Positions 60,289 through 64,000 of a stretch of DNA of 64,000 bases are shown here, piece by piece. The translations under genes and the position numbers were made by a program. Positions within the stretch are counted from its first letter, which is position 1. Each line of letters begins with the position of its first letter. The stretch is from Candidatus Hodarchaeota archaeon (lineage in GTDB: Archaea > Asgardarchaeota > Lokiarchaeia > Sigyniarchaeales > SOKP01). The DNA lies in NCBI GenBank assembly GCA_048887225.1, contig JBHLJY010000001.1, positions 96,001-160,000 on the forward strand, in the 5' to 3' direction. Under the pieces are notes generated by a model that ran no database searches, was not told where the DNA came from, and worked only from the letters and a program-made list of their open reading frames with translations.

Positions 60289-60556
60289 TAGTTAGAACAC
60301 CAATTATTTGAGAATATAAACAAAAGTAAGATTTGGTAACATTTAAGATTTTAAATTATTTTTGAACTAAAACTTTTTTTCGAGATTATACATTTTCTAC
60401 TAATTTTTTTTAAGTTAATTTAATTATCTTAAAGGATTTTTCTTAATAAATTTATAAAAATAACATATTTTTTCTTATTAAAAAAGTTCTATAATGGAGA
60501 AAACCTATAATTATTTGTAAAAAATTACTAATTATTAAGAGAATAGAACCTCACGA

Positions 60557-62287
60557 ATGGTTAAAATGTTAGAAAATTTAGATAAAAGTCTTATGCAAAA
60601 TATTTTCAATTCTAACGAGTTTAAAGGATGGCTTATTTCGAGAAGATGGTTCGGATATAAGTCAGCCTTGTCAAATTTAGAGTTTAAAGTATCTATTGAT
60701 TATTTTGTAATTATTTCGGAAAGGATTTTTATTACAGTAATAAAAATTATAACTGAAATTTACTCCAAATCTTATTATTTGCCCTTGATTTTTTATAGAA
60801 AAATTCAAGATATTCTCGAACAAAGCGAAAATAATAGAAATAATATTATAAGATTGACTGAAATTACATTTAGTAAAAAACTTGCTCTTACTATAGGAAG
60901 CACCCAAAAAGTTTTTACGCTAAACTTGGTAGAAGCAGAATATTGTATATTCTTCTGGAAAAACATATTATTTAATAAAGATGTTATTGAGAAATTTCCT
61001 TCACTTTCTTTGGAACTAACCTTATATAGTGAACAATTTCAAGATGATATTAGAATGAGAGAAGTTCAGACCTTAATAGAGGCCAGTCTTTTTCCTAATA
61101 GATATGCATTATCGATGCAGCAATTAGGTGGAGGGGATACGACTAATTCACTATTTTTATTAAATTTAATTGACAAGAGAATCCCAGATCAGAATGCAAT
61201 TTCATTTGTTTTAAAATCGTATAAGGAATATCTAGAAAGTTTAGAGCCCTCTATTTTATTTGTTTTAGTTAAAAATAACTTTCCTAACGCCCCAAAAATC
61301 TATGGAACGATAAAAATAAAAGGAATCGAAACGGTTGGGATAATTGAAAACGTCCAAAATATTGGAAATATAGGAGATGTTGTATGGAACGAACTCAACG
61401 ACATGATTTACGATGTATTCAGTAACATTAAAGCGGATTATTCGCATCTTTCTGAAAAAAGCGAGATCTCAAACTTAACAAAAAATTATTTCGTCGAAAC
61501 TATGAAAGTTTCTGAGGAAATTGGCACCTACATTAGTAAATTACACGAATCGTTAATATTACCTGATGAACGAGATTATAGCATAGAAACTGTAAAAAGC
61601 ACGAATTATTTAAAAAATTATACAGATAAACTTAATTCAATTATATCAGATCTCCAAAATAACATAAGTCAACAATCTGAAAAAACTTTTTATAATCTAC
61701 CAAAAATAAATTCTATATTAATTGATATAAAAGAAATCATGGAAAAATTCCGCTCCGAATTTCCAGAAGATAAAATAAAAATCCAACCGGTTCACCAAGA
61801 TTTACATATGGAACAGGTATTATATAACAAAATTAATGAGCAATACCAGTTTTATTTTATTGATTACGAAGGAGATCCGCAACTTACTGTTGAAGATAAA
61901 AAAGGAAAATTTCCAATTGAAAAAGATGTAGCGTCATTTCTGAGATCTTTAAGTTATATTAAGTTTAACACATTTTTGAATTTTATAGAGAAAAAAATTA
62001 TTCAAAGAGACCGATACGAAGTACCCGAAGAGATCCTATATAGCCTTTTTTTCCGAAAAGCTGTTATTAGCAAAAATAAAGTTTTAGACGTAATTTTAAA
62101 AGTACTTAATGTGTGGGAGGAAAAATTAATGGCAAAACTTATTAGAGGTCTTAAACCAAATATTATATTAACTAATTATTTCACTATAGAAAGAGCTTTA
62201 TACGAATTAAACTACGAACTACTATTTAGACCGAATAAAATTATTGTCCCAATTCTAGGCTTAAAAGAAATTATTGAAAAATATTGA
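60557..62287 (+). CDS. Maltokinase (Mak/Pep2)-like kinase
   Basis: WLISRRWFG N-terminus, DTTNS, VLKSY, HQDLHMEQVL, IDYEGDP, KDVASFLRS, ERALYELNYE. Confidence 0.8.
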   Translation: MVKMLENLDKSLMQNIFNSNEFKGWLISRRWFGYKSALSNLEFKVSIDYFVIISERIFITVIKIITEIYSKSYYLPLIFYRKIQDILEQSENNRNNIIRLTEITFSKKLALTIGSTQKVFTLNLVEAEYCIFFWKNILFNKDVIEKFPSLSLELTLYSEQFQDDIRMREVQTLIEASLFPNRYALSMQQLGGGDTTNSLFLLNLIDKRIPDQNAISFVLKSYKEYLESLEPSILFVLVKNNFPNAPKIYGTIKIKGIETVGIIENVQNIGNIGDVVWNELNDMIYDVFSNIKADYSHLSEKSEISNLTKNYFVETMKVSEEIGTYISKLHESLILPDERDYSIETVKSTNYLKNYTDKLNSIISDLQNNISQQSEKTFYNLPKINSILIDIKEIMEKFRSEFPEDKIKIQPVHQDLHMEQVLYNKINEQYQFYFIDYEGDPQLTVEDKKGKFPIEKDVASFLRSLSYIKFNTFLNFIEKKIIQRDRYEVPEEILYSLFFRKAVISKNKVLDVILKVLNVWEEKLMAKLIRGLKPNIILTNYFTIERALYELNYELLFRPNKIIVPILGLKEIIEKY

Positions 62288-62301
62288 AATTTCCTTAATA
62301 T

Positions 62302-62952
62302 TTACTCTTCTTTTTCTAATTTCGCAAACTCAAACGCATAATAAGATTTAGTTCTATCAATAGGACCTATTTTTTTAACGTAATCTTTTTTTTTCTTGCT
62401 GTCTTTGTTAATCGCTTCTGTTGTAAACAATGCTATTTCATATTCATCTTCAGGAGTATAATTTATTAGTTTATATACAAATCCTTCAACAAATTTCGCC
62501 GGACCGAACTTATTTGAAAATAAGATATAATTCTCTTTATCGATAAATTTTGGAAAAAAACCTAAATGTACACATAAATCAAGCTTATAATCTAAATTTT
62601 CTAATTGATTTTGAACCCTCGCTATATCATTTATAAGGCGTGCAAACTTTATTCCCAACTCCATTTGAGCTTCTTCTTCTAAGTTTTCGAGAAATTTCTT
62701 AAATGTGGATCTTTTTATAACTATTAAATCCCTATCGTCTAATGATCTAATAGAGCTTTGATCTATTATCAAATATTTTGCCATTTCCAAATAGTTTCTA
62801 ATGACATTAGCTTTAGTTAAGTGCTTTCTGTCTTTTATTTCTTCTAAGATTTGATCCAATCCTTGATCAATTCTAACTGTTAAAACATTAGTTACCTCTT
62901 TTTTTTCAGAATTTTTACCCTTTTCATCAATACTCATTCTTTTATCCTCCAT
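62302..62952 (-). CDS. Ribbon-helix-helix (CopG-like) transcriptional regulator
   Basis: VLTVRIDQGLDQILEEI...TKANVIRNYL. Confidence 0.7.
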   Translation of the reverse strand: MEDKRMSIDEKGKNSEKKEVTNVLTVRIDQGLDQILEEIKDRKHLTKANVIRNYLEMAKYLIIDQSSIRSLDDRDLIVIKRSTFKKFLENLEEEAQMELGIKFARLINDIARVQNQLENLDYKLDLCVHLGFFPKFIDKENYILFSNKFGPAKFVEGFVYKLINYTPEDEYEIALFTTEAINKDSKKKKDYVKKIGPIDRTKSYYAFEFAKLEKEE

Positions 62953-63518
62953 GCTTGAAATATAATTCTAGATTTTTAATATTTAATCTCTAATTTATAG
63001 ATTTTATATAGTAATATTTGTATTCATTTTTATTCATATATAAATATTATTGACAAAAGAATTTAAATTTAAGTAGTAATATATTGAAGGATCCATGATT
63101 GTTTAAATAACTTACGAATAGAAGCCGTATATTCCTAATTTTTAAGAATTATTTTATCTCAATCCCAAATTATTAATGGTTGGATATTTCTTTTAAATCA
63201 AAAAGAAATCCATATTGAATCTCTTTATCTATTTTTTACCTTAATTGATATAATTGGATGAAATTTAATAAGATATTCCTACAAATTTACATAATTTTTA
63301 AAAGTATAAGAAATCCAATTACCTTTTAATCAAATATTTGTTTAATTAAATACAATTTCGTAAATACAAATGCAATTTTTATTCAAATTGCGACTACAGA
63401 TGAATATAAAGTAATTTTTTACTTTAATTTTCAACATTTGTTACAGTATAATGTTATTTAAATTACGAATTCTATTCTTATATTGTTAAGTTAAATAAAA
63501 AATAATGGCATAATAATA

Positions 63519-63842
63519 ATGGAAATTTCAGAAAGCGATATATTGGGGGTTGAGTTAGTAAACAAAGATCATTCCATTATAATTCATACCGATAAACAAA
63601 TAGAAAATATTGTAAAAGCTCTATCCAGTCAAACCAGACGAAAAATTTTACAACAAATCCAAAACAAGCCCATGGATGTAAGTAATATTGCCTCGAATTT
63701 AGGCATGACTGAGGCAAATATCTCTGCCCAAATTAAAAAGTTAGAAAAAGCGGGATTAGTAATTTGTGAATATAGCTCAGGGCAGCATGGAGTAAGAAAA
63801 ATTAGTCGGTTAAAATATGATGAGATAAATATCAAGATCTAA
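63519..63842 (+). CDS. ArsR-family HTH transcriptional regulator
   Basis: KALSSQTRRKIL...MDVSNIA..LGMTEANISAQIKKLEKAGLV...GQHG. Confidence 0.88.
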   Translation: MEISESDILGVELVNKDHSIIIHTDKQIENIVKALSSQTRRKILQQIQNKPMDVSNIASNLGMTEANISAQIKKLEKAGLVICEYSSGQHGVRKISRLKYDEINIKI

Positions 63843-64000
63843 ATTTTCTTGATTCTTGTTTACGTTAATCTTAATTAAACTTAACCTTTTATGATCACTT
63901 GAAGGGCGAATTTTTTAAACAAATATTAGGTTTACCCCTTAATCAATTTTAATAAGACTTCTTTCAAATATAATTTCATAAGATATCTTTCAAGGGAACA

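Noticed and set aside
1-64000. rRNA, tRNA, CRISPR arrays, transposases, integrases or prophage genes
   Set aside because: No GC-rich structured RNA blocks, regularly spaced repeats, or DDE/tyrosine-recombinase motifs were recognised by eye.

Overview
AT-rich, gene-dense archaeal chromosomal DNA, most likely from an Asgard archaeon of the Lokiarchaeia type. This is inferred from two Rab-like small GTPases, longin-like proteins, multi-PAS kinases without receiver domains, GGTGA-type ribosome-binding sites, oligo-T terminators and an N-glycosylation-rich surface protein. About 60 genes cover: anaerobic peptide/acyl-CoA catabolism (ADP-forming acyl-CoA synthetase alpha subunit, thioesterase, a 2-oxoacid:ferredoxin oxidoreductase operon, crotonase, AOR, Fe-S proteins, OYE, SDR); hydrolases; alpha-glucan metabolism (GH57, maltokinase-like kinase); two MscS channels; and signalling. 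No rRNA, tRNA, CRISPR array or intact transposase was recognised. The most striking observation is a circularly permuted PorB (beta subunit) whose thiamine-diphosphate motif is split between its C- and N-termini, in an operon that also carries a gamma-delta fusion. Other highlights: two unannotated, mutually homologous ~47-aa basic micropeptides in tandem; at least two genes that appear to need ATA/ATT start codons; a membrane-anchored and a soluble longin-like protein sharing an identical 9-aa motif; a putative tandem-longin gene near a Rab; and a haloalkane-dehalogenase homolog whose nucleophile Asp is replaced by Asn. All family assignments come from motif recognition by eye; no database searches were run.
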